Of a stretch of DNA of 64,000 nucleotides, positions 51,501-64,000 are shown piece after piece. The notes under the pieces are model-generated. The model ran no database searches. It saw only the letters and a list, made by a program, of their open reading frames with translations, and had not been told where the DNA came from. Origin of the DNA: Convolutriloba macropyga (Eukaryota); NCBI RefSeq assembly GCF_964194025.1, contig NC_134470.1:52824001-52888000 (forward strand), read 5' to 3'. Made by a program: the position numbers and the translations under genes. Numbering within the stretch: position 1 is the stretch's first letter; every line of letters begins with the position of its first letter.

Positions 51501-51834
51501 TTGAACATTGTATATCCTTCAGGCTCTAAGTTTCCGGAGATCAGCACTGCGACTACTAGACCATAAATTGCGATGATACCAGCCATGACAACCGGAATAA
51601 TTGACTTCATGATCAAGTCTGGTCTCATAACACTCATGGCAGCAATACCCGTGCCAGATTTTGCTGTTCCGTATGCAGCACCAAATGCTGAAACATTGAA
51701 AGAACATCGAAGAGCAACCATTCAGTCGATTCCAAAAAATTAAACTTACCACTAAAAACCATAGCTGACGTAGCTCCCATTACTCCAAAGAAAGGAGTGT
51801 AAACGGGGATTTCAATATTGGCGTTAGAACCCAT
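39501..51834 (-). CDS. ATP6V0C: V-type proton ATPase 16-kDa proteolipid subunit c (4 coding exons, 160 aa)
   Basis: Exons 51834-51750, 51687-51501, 51083-50970, 39597-39501 join in frame (483 nt), all GT-AG introns; protein [27 protein letters not shown]...[22 protein letters not shown]...[55 protein letters not shown], with the proton-binding Glu. Confidence 0.96.
41375..47460. mobile_element. Cluster of diverged non-autonomous elements with hairpin termini (Helentron/HINE-like) in intron 3
   Basis: Recurrent motifs AACATAGCCG..CGG (41376, 43831, 46148) and GAGCACCGCAATATAGC..GCTATA (43760, 46097, 46774); shared internal blocks at 43073, 43490, 45790. Confidence 0.55.
46257..46328 (-). mobile_element. 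tRNA-derived SINE head
   Basis: Minus strand TAGACGAATGG (A-box-like) and perfect B box GGTTCGAATCC. Confidence 0.6.
48035..50690. repeat. Satellite C: ~887-bp unit, 3 copies, inside ATP6V0C intron 3
   Basis: Anchor ATGTTTAGGAAGTACCC at 48083, 48969, 49857. Confidence 0.95.
50970..51083 (-). CDS. ATP6V0C: V-ATPase c coding exon 3
   Basis: tacAG acceptor; [37 protein letters not shown]; donor GTCAGT. Confidence 0.95.
51277..51437. mobile_element. 161-bp MITE with GGGATCT TIRs and 6-bp TSD ACAAAT in intron 2
   Basis: ACAAAT|GGGATCTCTTCCGT...ACGAAAAAGATCCC|ACAAAT; inner inverted repeat TGCACCCC/GGGGTGCA. Confidence 0.75.
51501..51687 (-). CDS. ATP6V0C: V-ATPase c coding exon 2
   Basis: tttcAG acceptor; [12 protein letters not shown]...PEGYTMF; donor GTTAGT. 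Confidence 0.95.
51750..51834 (-). CDS. ATP6V0C: V-ATPase c coding exon 1
   Basis: AAAATGG start context; [28 protein letters not shown]; donor GTAAGT. Confidence 0.92.
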
Positions 51835-52199
51835 TTTGACGATAGAAGTTTCAACTTGCAACTACTACTATTCAGTGATAGAACAAAGGGCTGAAATCCA
51901 AGTAACCTGAAACGAGGAAATAACTGTTCTCACGATTGAGATAATCTCAAATCTTCAATATAAATGACAAAAAGAGTCAACTGTAGCACAGATCGAACGC
52001 AATAAGCCAAACAAAATTTGTCAAACTCTTTAAGTGAAAATGGTCACCGAGCGTCTTACAGTTATTCAGCCGCCTTACAAAAAAAACACCCAAATGCCGA
52101 CAAAACAAGACAGTAATTGACAAGGTAATTTTCAAATTAATTTGTGCGAACTTTTACATGCCCAGCGTTTCTTGGGGGATTTTATCTGCAGTGGAAGAT

Positions 52200-55030
52200 T
52201 AAATCTGTTTAGATTATTTACAAAAGCGACTAGTTGATTTTGTCTTGAAACACTCATTTGATTTGTTACTACTAACCGAAACATGGCTTACAAGCGACAT
52301 CAAGAGATCAGAACTGCTCCTATCTCAATATAATGAAGTTAGGGCTGATAGAAAGTCAAAGAACGAAAAATCTAAGCACGGAGGATGTCTGATAGCAGTA
52401 TCAAACAACGTCAGCTTTACTGAAGTAGATATTAGCCACCTTCCAGATGCAATTCAAGAATCCCTGGTAGTTATTAAACTAAACCAACCTGACCCAGCCG
52501 TAATAGCTCTTTTCTATAAACCACCAAAAGGAAGCCCCTATAGATCTCAACAAAACGATAATGCTATTTTTTGCCTTCTATCAGTTTTCGCTAATCAAAA
52601 AATTCTCTTTGCTGGTGATTTTAACTTACCCGGGATAGATTGGGACATATACCAATCTAATGATGCTTATGAAGACTGTTTTGTAAACAAACTTGTCGAC
52701 GCTAATTTCAAGCAATGTATTGGTTTCAACACCACCAAGTCATACTGTTTAGACTTAGTCCTATCCAATGATGATGGTTTGATAACTTCAATTATTAGAT
52801 TAGACGATTTAGAAGACTACTCTGACCATTTTCCGATACAAATCGAAATAACTAGTGGATCAAGAGAGCCTCAAAAGAAACAAGAAGTGTACTATAGCTA
52901 TTGCAATTGTGATTTCGATTACATAAATGAGCTCATTGCAAACAATCCCTTTGACCCCTACTGTTACAGCAGCATAGATAAAACCACATATTTGTGGTAC
53001 GAATGGATCTTTCATCTGATAGAAAAAACTACGCCTAGAAAAACTCGACGGAGTCAAGAGCTTCCGCCTTGGGTATCATCTGAAACATTGCACAAATTAA
53101 ACAAACTCAGGACACTAATACTTAAATCGGAACGTTGCGTGAATTTCTCTCCTTACCTAGCCACCCAATTAATAGAAATAGAAAAGCATTGTGCTAACCT
53201 GCAATAAAGAGACCGACAAGAATACGAAGAAGACTTAATTTCGAGCAGAAACAGATCTAGAATATTCAAATATTTGAAAAGTTTCCAAAAAGAGAAATTC
53301 CCACCAAAAATTGTACATCTTGACTGGAATTCCGTTGCACAAAACAGCGAAGAAAAAGCAGAATTGTTCAACACGTATTTCTCATCAGTAGTTAATGATG
53401 ATAGTTATGAACAGATTGATGCTCCACCTCTTCTCGAAGCTGCTGGACAGAAAAGAAACTTCACCGAGAAGGAGATTACCAAAGAACTGGAAATGCTGGT
53501 TGTCACAAAAAGTAGAGGCGCAGATGGCATTCCCCCAATTCTGCCTAAGAAAACTGCAAATACTGTTTCCAAATCGATTAAAAGTTTGTTCAACAACATT
53601 GGAAGGTTACACAATGTTCCCGGTTCGTGTAAGCATGGTTTGGTCTCACCAATATTCAAAGTTGGTAGTAAAAGTGAAGTGAAAAATTATAAACCTGTCA
53701 CACTGCTCAACATCATATCCAAAGTTTTTGAAGTTTTGAAGTTTTCGCAGAAAATTTGTTGAATAACATTACATCCTGTCAATTTGGTTTTGTACCGCGG
53801 AGGTCTGTAATCCTGCAGCTTACCTTGAGTCTGTCCAATATCTTTTAAAATCTTAGTGCATCAGAAGAGTTCTGTTTCCTACTGCTGTTTGACTTCTCTA
53901 AGGCCTTTGACAAAGTAAAGCATTCAGTTTTGATGAAGAAGTTAGCAAGGATGAAAATACCAAGAAGTCTCTCTTTACTTATTAAAGATTATCTGACTGG
54001 CAGAACACAAAGCGTAAATGTAGATGGCTACCAATCTGAGAAACGTCAAGTACCCCAAGGCTCTGTACTGGGACCTATCCTTTTCCTGATCTACATTAAC
54101 GACCTGCCAAATGTAGACTTTTCGTCCCTGGCACTCTTGTTTGCAGATGATTTCAAACTAATCCATTGTTCCAAAATTGACAGTTTAGACAAGCTGCAAG
54201 TTAACCTAAACAATCTCCACAATTGGAGTGTCCAAGACTGCCTGCTTTTCAATTACAAAAAGTGCTCTTTTACAAAATTTGCTTTCGGGAGTCGTGTCGA
54301 GGATGTTGTACTCTCTCTAGAAAATAATTTGATCCAAGAGAAGAAGGTCGTTAAAGATCTTGGTCTAACTATAGTCGACACCCTAAATTGGAAAAAAATG
54401 CGCGGAATCGAATAGCGAAAGCATTGAAGGCGTTTTTATCTCATTCGAAGGAACAGAAGCTGCCAAATTTCTATGAAAACTAAGGTTCACTTATATAGAG
54501 CTATTATAGGCCCGACATTAATGTTTGCATCTGAATGCTGGGAGCTAAAGCGAAACGAGTATCAAATTGTAGAGCGGTTTAATAAAAAGGTCATGAAATG
54601 GATGACAAACAGAAATTGTTACAAAGAAGCTATTGTTCAAAGCAATATACTGCCACCACTCTACTTTAATGTCCTAAAAGATGTTCTACTTTTTAGCAGC
54701 ATAGTGTCAGGAAAGTACGATGTCGACTTGCGCAACTAATTATGTTATTCAATGGGCCGGAAGAAGATCTAGGGCTATACTGCCAGAGATTCGATACGAA
54801 GCTCAGAGACTCAATTTTTGGTATAGAACTGGAGTTCGGGTGAACATCCTCCAAAGTAAAATTAACTCCTTTGACAACATTAATTTGAAAGGAAGACTTC
54901 TAGAATTGACGTGGAAATTTTTCAATGGAAGCCGGGCTGAGAAATAATTTCTGTAGTTGGATCTTTTTGTGCCTGTGCCCAGAACTGTCGTGCAAATTCT
55001 ATGTTATAAATCCGGGAATTCTACTCCCGT
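52200..55030 (+). mobile_element. Degraded CR1/L2-group LINE ORF2 (APE endonuclease + RT), no ORF1 seen
   Basis: LTETWL, GDFNLP, LDLVL, SDH (APE); KSRGADGI, NYKPVTLL, DFSKAFDKV, VPQGSVLGP, FADD (RT); C-terminal CSWIFLCLCP. Confidence 0.93.
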
Positions 55031-55353
55031 NNNNNNNNNNNNNNNNNNNNNNNNNNNNNNNNNNNNNNNNNNNNNNNNNNNNNNNNNNNNNNNNNNNNNN
55101 NNNNNNNNNNNNNNNNNNNNNNNNNNNNNNNNNNNNNNNNNNNNNNNNNNNNNNNNNNNNNNNNNNNNNNNNNNNNNNNNNNNNNNNNNNNNNNNNNNNN
55201 NNNNNNNNNNNNNNNNNNNNNNNNNNNNNNNNNNNNNNNNNNNNNNNNNNNNNNNNNNNNNNNNNNNNNNNNNNNNNNNNNNNNNNNNNNNNNNNNNNNN
55301 NNNNNNNNNNNNNNNNNNNNNNNNNNNNNNNNNNNNNNNNNNNNNNNNNNNNN
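55031..55353. other. Assembly gap
   Basis: N run. Confidence 0.99.
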
Positions 55354-55749
55354 CTCCAGATTATGAAACAAAAGATTTCACATTTAGATCTTGTTTTTGA
55401 TTCTCAGCACCGGGATAGCCACGTTTAACCTTTTTGTGTCTCTGGTCACAACCCAGTGTTACGGTCGTCTAATTTCTCGTTCTTTGATGAAAGAGTTGAA
55501 CGTCTTCCACTCGAAAAGTAGTTTTAATTATGACCTCTTCACCACATCTTATGACAATAATATCCATATAGCCAAAACACAACTTATAGCCAAAACACTT
55601 TCTTTTAACTACTATCGGCCATCTACATATTTTCTTAAATGTCGCTGTGTGATCTGCAGATCTTAATTTGCTACTTTGCTTTGTTAATTTGTACTGTCAT
55701 GTCTTTCCTTTTACTATGTATTCCTCTTGTTGGAATTTAAGTCTTTTTT

Positions 55750-55799
<50 letters not shown>

Positions 55800-55800
55800 A
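55354..55800 (+). mobile_element. 3' end of another LINE with (TAC)n tail (55750-55799)
   Basis: ORF ends RPSTYFLKCRCVICRS-stop; short 3' UTR with hairpin ATTCC..GGAAT; ~16 TAC units. Confidence 0.75.
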
Positions 55801-56299
55801 CACTAACAACACAAACACGCTGGAGCACTGGTAGCAATACGTGGTTTTGAACACAACCGAATTGCCGTGGACAGTAGCATAGCAAGTATCCTTCGAAAAA
55901 TAATCGGGCTTTGTCGCATTGACAAGTTGTTGAGTCTCATCGAACAATTCAAGCCTCGACTAGCTGCTACTGTTTCCACCGCGATATCCTCGGCTCCTAA
56001 AATGCTGGAGCTATTAAGGAATTCTCAAGTAGTGACCATCGACATCAGGAACCGTTTGCTTTCCACTCGAAAACGGAGATATTTCTATTGTTGAAGACAT
56101 TGGTCGTGTCCACCCACCAGCTTACTTGGAATTGAAATTTCTTTCAACCGTTCTAAATAACTGGAAAAACTTTCGTTGCTTAGCCCAGAGGAAGTGTGGT
56201 TATCGGAAACGCCGATCCTCCAAGAAAAGAAAGAAAGCACAAGTAGAAAGTCAGCCAACGAAGACTTGAGTTTAGTTCATTGTTTTGTTCTTTATTGGG

Positions 56300-59200
56300 T
56301 TTTCTGCGTCCTTGAGACTTAAGTGTTTCGAGGGCAACGAGATCTCGACTTCTGGAAATAACTTTGAAATGCCTCCTAGATCAAACTCCATTAGGGACCC
56401 ATGCGGTCATTGCGCACTACAGGTCAAAAATGGTGGACATTGTGCTCTACAAGGCCATAGGTGTGACTTCTGGTTCCATCTAAAATGTACTTCTGTTCCA
56501 GCAGCCCTGTTAACTCACTTGAAAAAAGTTCAAGGATTGGTTTGGCTTTGTGAGCCTTGTGAATGTCAAGCTAAAGAAGCACTCTCCATGTCATCTCCCA
56601 AAGTTGACGAAGTCCGGACACTTCCTGAAAGAGTTGACGAGCTGAAGAAGATTTTCATATCCGTTAACGAGATCAAACGTGAATTGACGGAGATAAAGTC
56701 CTTGGTCAATTCGTCTTCATCAGAGGTCAACAACATCAAAGTTGAACGGTCGGAACCCAAGCCTCGCCCACCTGAATCACCTGCAGTGACACCAAAATTT
56801 TTCAAAAAATCCATTTCCGACCGCTCAATACTAGTATTTGGGATTGACGAACATGAGCCAACGTTGAAGTCCTCCGAAAGACTAGAAAAAGACCTTTCCA
56901 CAGCAAAAAATTTGATTGAAAAAGTAGATCCGTCCATTTGCTCCATCGAAGACGTCCACCGAATTGGCAAGTTCACACCCGATCATAAAGCCAGACCAAT
57001 AGTAGTAGTTTTCCAAAGTCAATGGACAAACGGATGGCGCTGTCGAAGTCTTATATGCTGAAGCACACGATGTTCTTTCTGAAACCAAGGCTAACTCCGG
57101 AAAAACGAGCCCTGGAGAAACAAATACTCAATTTGCGTTTCAAGCTATCAAATCTATGCATCCCCAAAGACGAGATGAAAATTTTGGACAGAAAAATTTG
57201 TCATGGGAACACAGTTTTGGACCACTCCAAAGCACCAGATGTTCTAGCAAAGCAAATTAAAGACAATTGACTAGCTAATGACTTTTACGTTTGTTTTCTT
57301 CTTTTGAACTGTCGAGGAATGCTAGAAAAACGAGCTAACCTCACAGCCCTCTTGCATAAATTCCAACCACACTTTGCTTTTCTCACCGAGACGTGGCTAG
57401 ATACGACGCTTGAAAACTGTGACTTTTCAGCTGGGGGATCGTTTTCAGTTATTGGTAGACAAGACCGCATACAAGGTCGACATGGTGGATATCTGATTTT
57501 GCAGAACACCTCCAAAACATCATGTGCGGAGTTTCTTTGCAATCCTGTCATAAGCAAAGTCGACTTTTGTACTTCAGCCTTGATCAAATTTGACGATCGT
57601 CTCGTACTCTTCATTTTGGTCTACCTGCCCAACAAGGTAGTCAATATGAGGTCACAACTACATGCTTGGCTAGCGTTCTATATCATGGCTCGACTTTTCT
57701 GCTGAATTTTAATGAAAATATTGCATTTGAATACCGACGTATATGCCTTCTTGGTGATTTTAACTTCACCAAAAACTGATTGGTCGACATTCAGCTCTTC
57801 ATCTGCGAAAGAAACCAGCTTTTTAAACATCTTGGATGATTATGAATTGTGCCCCATTTTTTTCAGCTCTACGCACAACCGTGGCAACTCCCTCGACAAC
57901 ATTCTCGTCCCCTCATCTATCACAAGCTGTTTTGACTACCACGTCCTCCCACTCACTCCGTTCTCAGATCATGCTCCCATATCAGCAACGATATACACAA
58001 AATCCTCACCCTCCTCTATAGGAATCCGAATTTACGCGTTTACTGAGCCAGGCTTTGTCACTTTTTGCTCACTATAGCATAGTTACACCTTCCTCAACTA
58101 TCCTTCTGCGGACACGATCGCCGATTTTTACCACCATATGCATGTTAGTGTCAAACAGTCATTTCGGAGCCTAACCAGAAAAACGGCGTCTCTGCCAACC
58201 TACTACTCATCCCATACTATGCATGTTTTGAATAAACTGGCAGCTAGCAAGAGAAATTATCATTCTGGTCATTATGTCGTGCGTAACCTTGAAGACACCC
58301 ATGAGAAATCCTTGGAATTGGACAAAGTGCTCCACATATCTGGGAAAGTCACTTCCAACCTGGATTCTTACTTCAATCTCATCGAAAGCTTCAGGGAAAA
58401 AGTCTTCCCCATCCAAAGTTTTTGGGTACTTCGAAACTAGGTTCATGGATTGACGTTGCCAATGCTTTCAACGATTTCTTTGCTTCGAATTTCGACACGA
58501 ACTCGTGCGATACAAGGATACCAGATGGCAGCCAAAGTCTTTTTTTCTTCAACGATTTCTGTGGTTCATTTACCGAATCTGATATTCTTCAAGTAATTCT
58601 AAATAGTACCGTTTGCACTTATGAGACCTTTGATGAGTTCCCAAATGGACTATTGAAGAAATGCTCTGTTCATTTTGCAACATTGTTCCGGGTCGTCTTC
58701 AATTGTTTAATCGTGAACTGCCAATTCCCCGAAATATTGAAGTCTTCATTTATTAAAACTATTCACAAAGGAGATTGCAATCTCCAATTACCGTCCAATT
58801 AGTCCGCTGCCTAAGATCTCATTGATATTCGAAAAGTTACTCCTTATGGTTCATAATGATCTACTCAAGAATAAAATTTATCCGAGACAGTATGGTTTCC
58901 AGTCTAAGAAATCTACGATTTGTCAGCTTCTAGAATATGTCAACTACCTTTACCTTAACAAGGGAGATATACTATTCTCAATATACTTTGATTACGAGAT
59001 AGCCTTCGATCGTGTGCCACATTCCGTTCTACTAGTGAAACTCCGAAAAAATTGTCTGGACTCGAATTTTGTTTCCTTCTTTGAAAGTTACCTCCTCGGA
59101 AGATTTCAAGCAGTACGAATCAACGGGTTTTCTTCAATGCACACAAGAATTTTGATTGGCGTACCCCAGGGTTCAGTACTTGGGCCCCTGTTCTTCTTGA

Positions 59201-60169
59201 TTTTTACCAACGACCTGCCCTGTATTCTTCTGGACAATATTATGTGGTTATTTCCTGATGACGCGAAACTAGTTTTCAACTCTTTGAATTTCAATTGTGA
59301 TCTTGTACGTTTCTGCAATTGGAATCAAGCAAATGGGATGTTAGTCAACGCGAAAAAGAGCCTATGTATTTCTTTTGGGACTGTCGAGCCCGTGTTAGAG
59401 TACGCCAACATCACAATCTCCCATTAAGAGTGTGTGAAGGATCTTGGAGTTTACGTCAATAGAAAGTTTAAATGGAACACGCATACTCAAATAAAATTCA
59501 CCAACAGCCGCAGAGTTTTCTACAAGCTTAAAAATACTATACCTTGGAGCACTCCATCACACATCAAGTACAAGCTCTATGTCGTCTATGTTGTTCCTGT
59601 ACTCCTCTATGGCTCTCAAATCTGTTGCTTGTCCCTTGGAGACCTCAGGGCTTTCGAGAATATCCAAAAAACTGCTTGAGATGGGTCTACGAGAATTCTA
59701 GGAACTACTTGAACACTCTTCTCACACATAAAATCCTACCAATGGCCTTTCGAATCCAAGTTTAGGACCGCCGACTGTTCCTTCTCTTGGCTTAAAGGAA
59801 GATATTGAGCAACTTCTAAGATAATGTTGAAGTTTTATCTCTTGGTGTGACAAGAAAACGGAGAAACAAGTTCAAACTCAAATGTAAAGTAGCCAATGGA
59901 TCATTCTACGAACGGTCCATTAACATGATTAATTTTTTCTATCGTCATGGGATAATCGATGATGACTACTTCAAGATAAACAAGATTGTTGAACATTTTG
60001 AATCCATCATTCCATTTTTCACACCCTGTTTTCGATGCTCATGGTTTGTTTGTTCCAATTGCCCCCACATAAACGAGCTCTGTAAATATTAAATAGTAGA
60101 AATGAATTTCATTGATTTTTATTTATTGGCCCTTAATCGGGAATTAAGTCTTTCTCTCTCTCTCTCTCT
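56300..60169 (+). mobile_element. Near full-length degraded CR1-like LINE (ORF1 + ORF2 at ~57278-60092) with (TC)n tail
   Basis: LNCRG, LTETWL, LDNIL, SDH; QYGF, YFDYEIAFDRV, GVPQGSVLGP, FPDD; C-terminal CSWFVCSNC; hairpin CTTAAT/ATTAAG then (TC)n at 60149-60169. Confidence 0.92.
56369..57270 (+). pseudogene. LINE ORF1 (PHD finger, coiled coil, RRM-like region), frameshifted near 57030
   Basis: CGHC..CDFWFHLKC..WLCEPC; ILVFGIDE; HRIGKF..ARPIVVVF. Confidence 0.85.
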
Positions 60170-60338
60170 AGTCAAAATAGCTACGAACTCGGGAAAACCA
60201 GTAATCTGCTGCCTGTACAACCCACCTGAAAACAGTGGGTACGGAAGTCCTCTAGATAAGTTTCAGTCTCTCCTCCAACAACTAAAAACTATAGCTTCAA
60301 ACGACGAGAATACGAATCTAATTTTCGCAAATTCCTAA
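60170..60338 (+). mobile_element. Short LINE endonuclease fragment
   Basis: PVICCLYNPPENSGY resembles the APE YNPP region. Confidence 0.55.
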
Positions 60339-60689
60339 GCTTGCAAAAATTGTTGATGCGAGAATATCCGAGTACAAAACTGCAGTGGCAAGTAAATCTT
60401 CGAAATCAGATTTTCCATTCCGTGTTTTCATACCTAAGAAAAGATACTTAGGTACTTAGGAATGCGCTGAAAAGCACAAAAAGCGAAAACTGTTAGACTG
60501 GGCCAGTAGAATCGACAACCTTCTAACACCAGATCCATCAACAGCTCGCTTCGAAGTAAACCCTCAACTGAACAGGCCCAGTCACTTCTCACGATTTCAC
60601 AGTTCACGGGATCAATCCTCAAGTGTTGAAGACCGGGACGTTTCCCCCAGAGCTGGTCTACTACGATAAAATAATGGGTATACAAGTAG

Positions 60690-61090
60690 TAGCCTACCAA
60701 AGCTGAAGTTGAACAACTTCTATGGAAATACCCTCAAATGGCTGGAGTGGTCTATTATGTTCACTGCTACAGTGGATCAACAGACGATAGCAGACTCAGA
60801 GAAGATGAGCCATCTGAAGACTCTACTGACAGGCAAGGCAAGGTCAGAAATCTCTGGAATGGGCTATTCTGGACAGTTCTATTGTGCTGCATGGAGCACT
60901 CTGGAGAGGAAGTTTTGAAGGCCTCATGTGATCATTGGTGCACAATTGGAGAGTCTTTGCAAAGCAAGTCAGGTGAAACCTCACAAATCAACACGTCTGA
61001 TAAAATTCTCAGTTATTGTTTCGAACCTTGTGAATGTGCTCAAAGGGTACAAGCAGATTGTTGATCTGAAACTCGACACAGGGTGTACAT
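60690..61090 (+). mobile_element. BEL/Pao gag fragment (DUF1759-like)
   Basis: LPKLKLNNFYGN.LKWLEW..MF.ATV...EKMSHLKTLLTGKA..AAWSTLERKF.RPHVI. Confidence 0.85.
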
Positions 61091-64000
61091 AAACTACCTC
61101 AAGTTCTCAAAGAGAAGTGGTGGTTCTATGTGGATGATAAAATTGAAGATGGGTTGATCTGAATATGTTTAAAAGATGGCTATCTGGGATGGTATTCGTG
61201 CATTAAGGGTTTTCAGCTTTCAAGGGAGAGCAAAGAGATGAAGACCGAAGAAGCACAAATAGAGACAAATGGTTCTCAAAAGCATCGAACTTCAGTGGAA
61301 GTTCGAACGTGAAAGAAACGAAGCAAATGCAAAGTGACCGCTGCCCGCTAGCTGATGGTGCTCATAACAACATATGGAACTTTACATTATTCAAGAACAT
61401 GAGTGTGAATGATCGGTATGCAGGCTGTACATAAACTACCTCAAGTTCTCAGGGAGAAGTGGTGGTTCTATATGGATGACAAAGATGAAGATTGGCTGAT
61501 CTGATTATGCTTAAATATTGGCTATCTGGGATGGTATTCGTGCATGAAGGATTTTCAGCTTTCAAGGGAGAGCGAAGAGAAGAAGACCGAAGAAGCACAA
61601 ATAGAGACAAATTGTCCTCAAAAGCTACGAGCATCAGTACAAGTTCGAACGTGAAAGAAACGAAGCAAAAGCATAGTGACCGCTGCCCGCTAACTGATGG
61701 CATTCATAACATATGGAAATTTCGATTATTCAAGAATGTGAGTGTGAATGATCGGTATGCAGTCTGTACATAAACTACCTCAAGTTCTCAAAGAGAAGTG
61801 GTGGTTCTATATGAATGATAAAGATGAAGATTGGCTGATCTGATTATGCTTAAAAAATGGCTATCTGGGATGGTATTCGTGCATGAAAGGTTTTCAGCTT
61901 TCAAGGGATAGCGAAGAGAAGAAGACCGAAGAAGCACAAAAAGAGACAAATGGTTCTCAAAAGCATCGAACTTCAGTGCAAGTTCGAACGTGAAAGAAAC
62001 TAAGCAAATGCAAAGTGGCCGCTGCCCGCTAGCTGATGGCACTCATAACAAACGGAACTTTCCATTGTTCAAGAATATGAGTGTGAATGATCGGTATGGA
62101 GGCTGTACATATACTACCTCAAGTTCTCAAAGAGAAATGGTGGTTCTATGTGTATGATAAAGATGAAGATTGGCTGATCTGGTTATGCTTAAAAAATGGC
62201 TATCTGGGATGGTATTCGTGCATGAAAGGTTTTCAGCTGTCAAGGGATAGCGAAGAGAAGAAGACCGAAGAAGCACAAAAAGAGACAAATGGTTCTCAAA
62301 AGCATCGAACTTCAGTGCAAGTTCGAAAGTGAAAGAAAAGAATCAAATGCAAAGTGACCGCTTCTCGCTAGCTGATGACACTCAAATCAAGCGGAGCTTT
62401 CCATTATACAGGAATATGAGTGTGAATGATTGGTATGCAGGCTGTACATAAACTACCTCACGTTCTCAAAGAGAACTGGTGGTTCTATATGAATGATAAA
62501 GATGAAGATTGGCTGATCTGATTATGCTTAAAAAATGGCTATCTGGAATTGTATTCGTGCATGAAAGGTTTTCAGCTGTCAAGGGATAGCGAAGAGAAGA
62601 AGACCGAAGAAGCACAAAAAGAGAAAAATGGTTCTCAAAAGCATCGAACTTCAGTGCAAGTTCGAACGTGAAAGAAACGAAGCAAATGCAAAGTGCCTGC
62701 TGCCCGCTAGCTGATGGCACTCATAACAAACGGAACTTTCCATTGTTCAAGAATATGAGTGTGAATGATCGGTATGGAGGCTGTACATATACTACCTCAA
62801 GTTCTCAAAGAGAAGTGGTGGTTCTATGTGGATGATAAAGATGAAGATTGGCTGATCTGATTATGCTTAAACAATGGCTATCTGGGATGGTATTCATGCA
62901 TGAAGGGTTTTCAGCTTTCAAGGGAGAGCGAAGAGAAGAAGACCGAAGAAGCACAAAAAGAGACAAAGGGTTCTCAAAAGCATCGAACTTCAGCGCAAGT
63001 TCGAACGTGAAAGAAACGAAGCAAATGCAAAGTGACTGCTGCCCGCTAGCTGATGGCGCTCATAACATATGGAATTTTCCATTATTAAAGAATATGAGTG
63101 TGAATGATCGGTTTGCAGGCTGTCCATAAACTACCTCAAGTGCACAAAGAGAAGTGGTGGTTCTATATGAATGATAAAGATGAACATTGGCTGATCTGAT
63201 TATGCTTAAAAAATGGCTATCTGGGATTGTATTCGTGCATGAAAGGTTTTCAGCTGTCAAGGGATAGCGAAGAGAAGAAGACCGAAGAAGCACAAAAAGA
63301 GACAAAGGGTTCTCAAAAGCATCGAACTTCAGCGCAAGTTCGAACATGAAAGAAACGAAGCAAATGCAAAGTGCCTGCTGCCCGCTAGCTGATGGCGCTC
63401 ATAACATATGGAACTTTCCATTATTCAAGAATATGAGTGTGAATGATTGGTATGCAGGCTGTACATAAACTACCTCAAGTGCTCAAAGAGAAGTGGTGGT
63501 TCTATGTGGATGATAAAGATGAAGATTGGCTGATCTGATTATGCTTAAGAAATGGCTATCTGGGATGGTATTCGTGCATGAAGGGTTTTCAGCTTTCAAG
63601 GGAGAGCAAAGAGAAGAAGACCGAAGAAGCACAAATAGAAACAAATGGTTCTCAAAAGCATCGAACTTCAGTGCAAGTTCGAACGTGAAAGAAACGAAGC
63701 AAATGCAAAATGACCACTGCCCGCTTGCTGATGGCACTCATAACATATGGAACTTTCCGTTATTCAAGAAAATGAGTGTGAATGATCGGTTTGCAGGCTG
63801 TACATAAACTACCTCAAGTGCTCAAAGAGAAGTGGTGGTTCTATGTGGATGATAAAGATGAAGATTGGCTGATCTGATTATGCTTGAAAAATGGCTATCT
63901 GGGATGGTATTCGAGCATGAGGGGTTTTTAGCTTTCAAGGGACAGCGAAGAGAAGAAGATCGAAGAAGCACAAATAGTGAAAAATGGTCCTCAAAGCATC
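61085..64000 (+). repeat. Satellite D: 339-bp tandem unit derived from BEL/Pao gag, at least 8.6 copies, running off the window
   Basis: Anchor A(A/T)ACTACCTC at 61091, 61433, 61772, 62111, 62450, 62789, 63128, 63467, 63806; encodes KLPQVLKEKWWFYV..DLIM..WL..CPLADGTH. Confidence 0.93.

Noticed and set aside
55668-55947. Poly-L/S/V ORFs and X-filled ORFs over gaps
   Set aside because: Artifacts of the (TAC)n tail and N runs
56402-56455. GHCALQ occurring twice in the ORF1 PHD finger
   Set aside because: The codons differ substantially; it fits normal PHD spacing with one Cys->Gly mutation
12950-64000. CRISPR-like or other repeat-spacer array
   Set aside because: The arrays are homogeneous tandem monomers with no unique spacers, in a eukaryotic context with no cas-like ORFs

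Overview
AT-rich, repeat-dominated animal (invertebrate) genomic scaffold with four N gaps; it is not prokaryotic. I can support one host gene: a 4-exon minus-strand V-ATPase 16-kDa proteolipid c subunit (ATP6V0C-like, 160 aa, 51834->39501) with an 11.4-kb last intron. The rest is mostly transposable elements and arrays derived from them. There are four degraded CR1/L2-group LINEs plus small LINE fragments, a full-length but inactivated Ty3/Gypsy LTR element inserted into a 1.03-kb satellite, a truncated relative of it, BEL/Pao remnants, tRNA-like SINE heads, a small MITE and Helentron/HINE-like elements. Four long-unit tandem arrays occur (~1033, ~604, ~887 and 339 bp). Main observations: (1) in two divergent Gypsy subfamilies the gag ATG is formed by the last LTR base plus the tRNA-Ser PBS; (2) two adjacent satellites share a ~300-bp core that is also present as dispersed copies; (3) the three fully visible arrays contain whole numbers of units, and one spans a Helentron-like end-to-start junction, suggesting rolling-circle conversion of TE pieces into satellites; (4) one satellite is made from a BEL/Pao gag segment. 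All alignments were done by eye, so divergence values are approximate.
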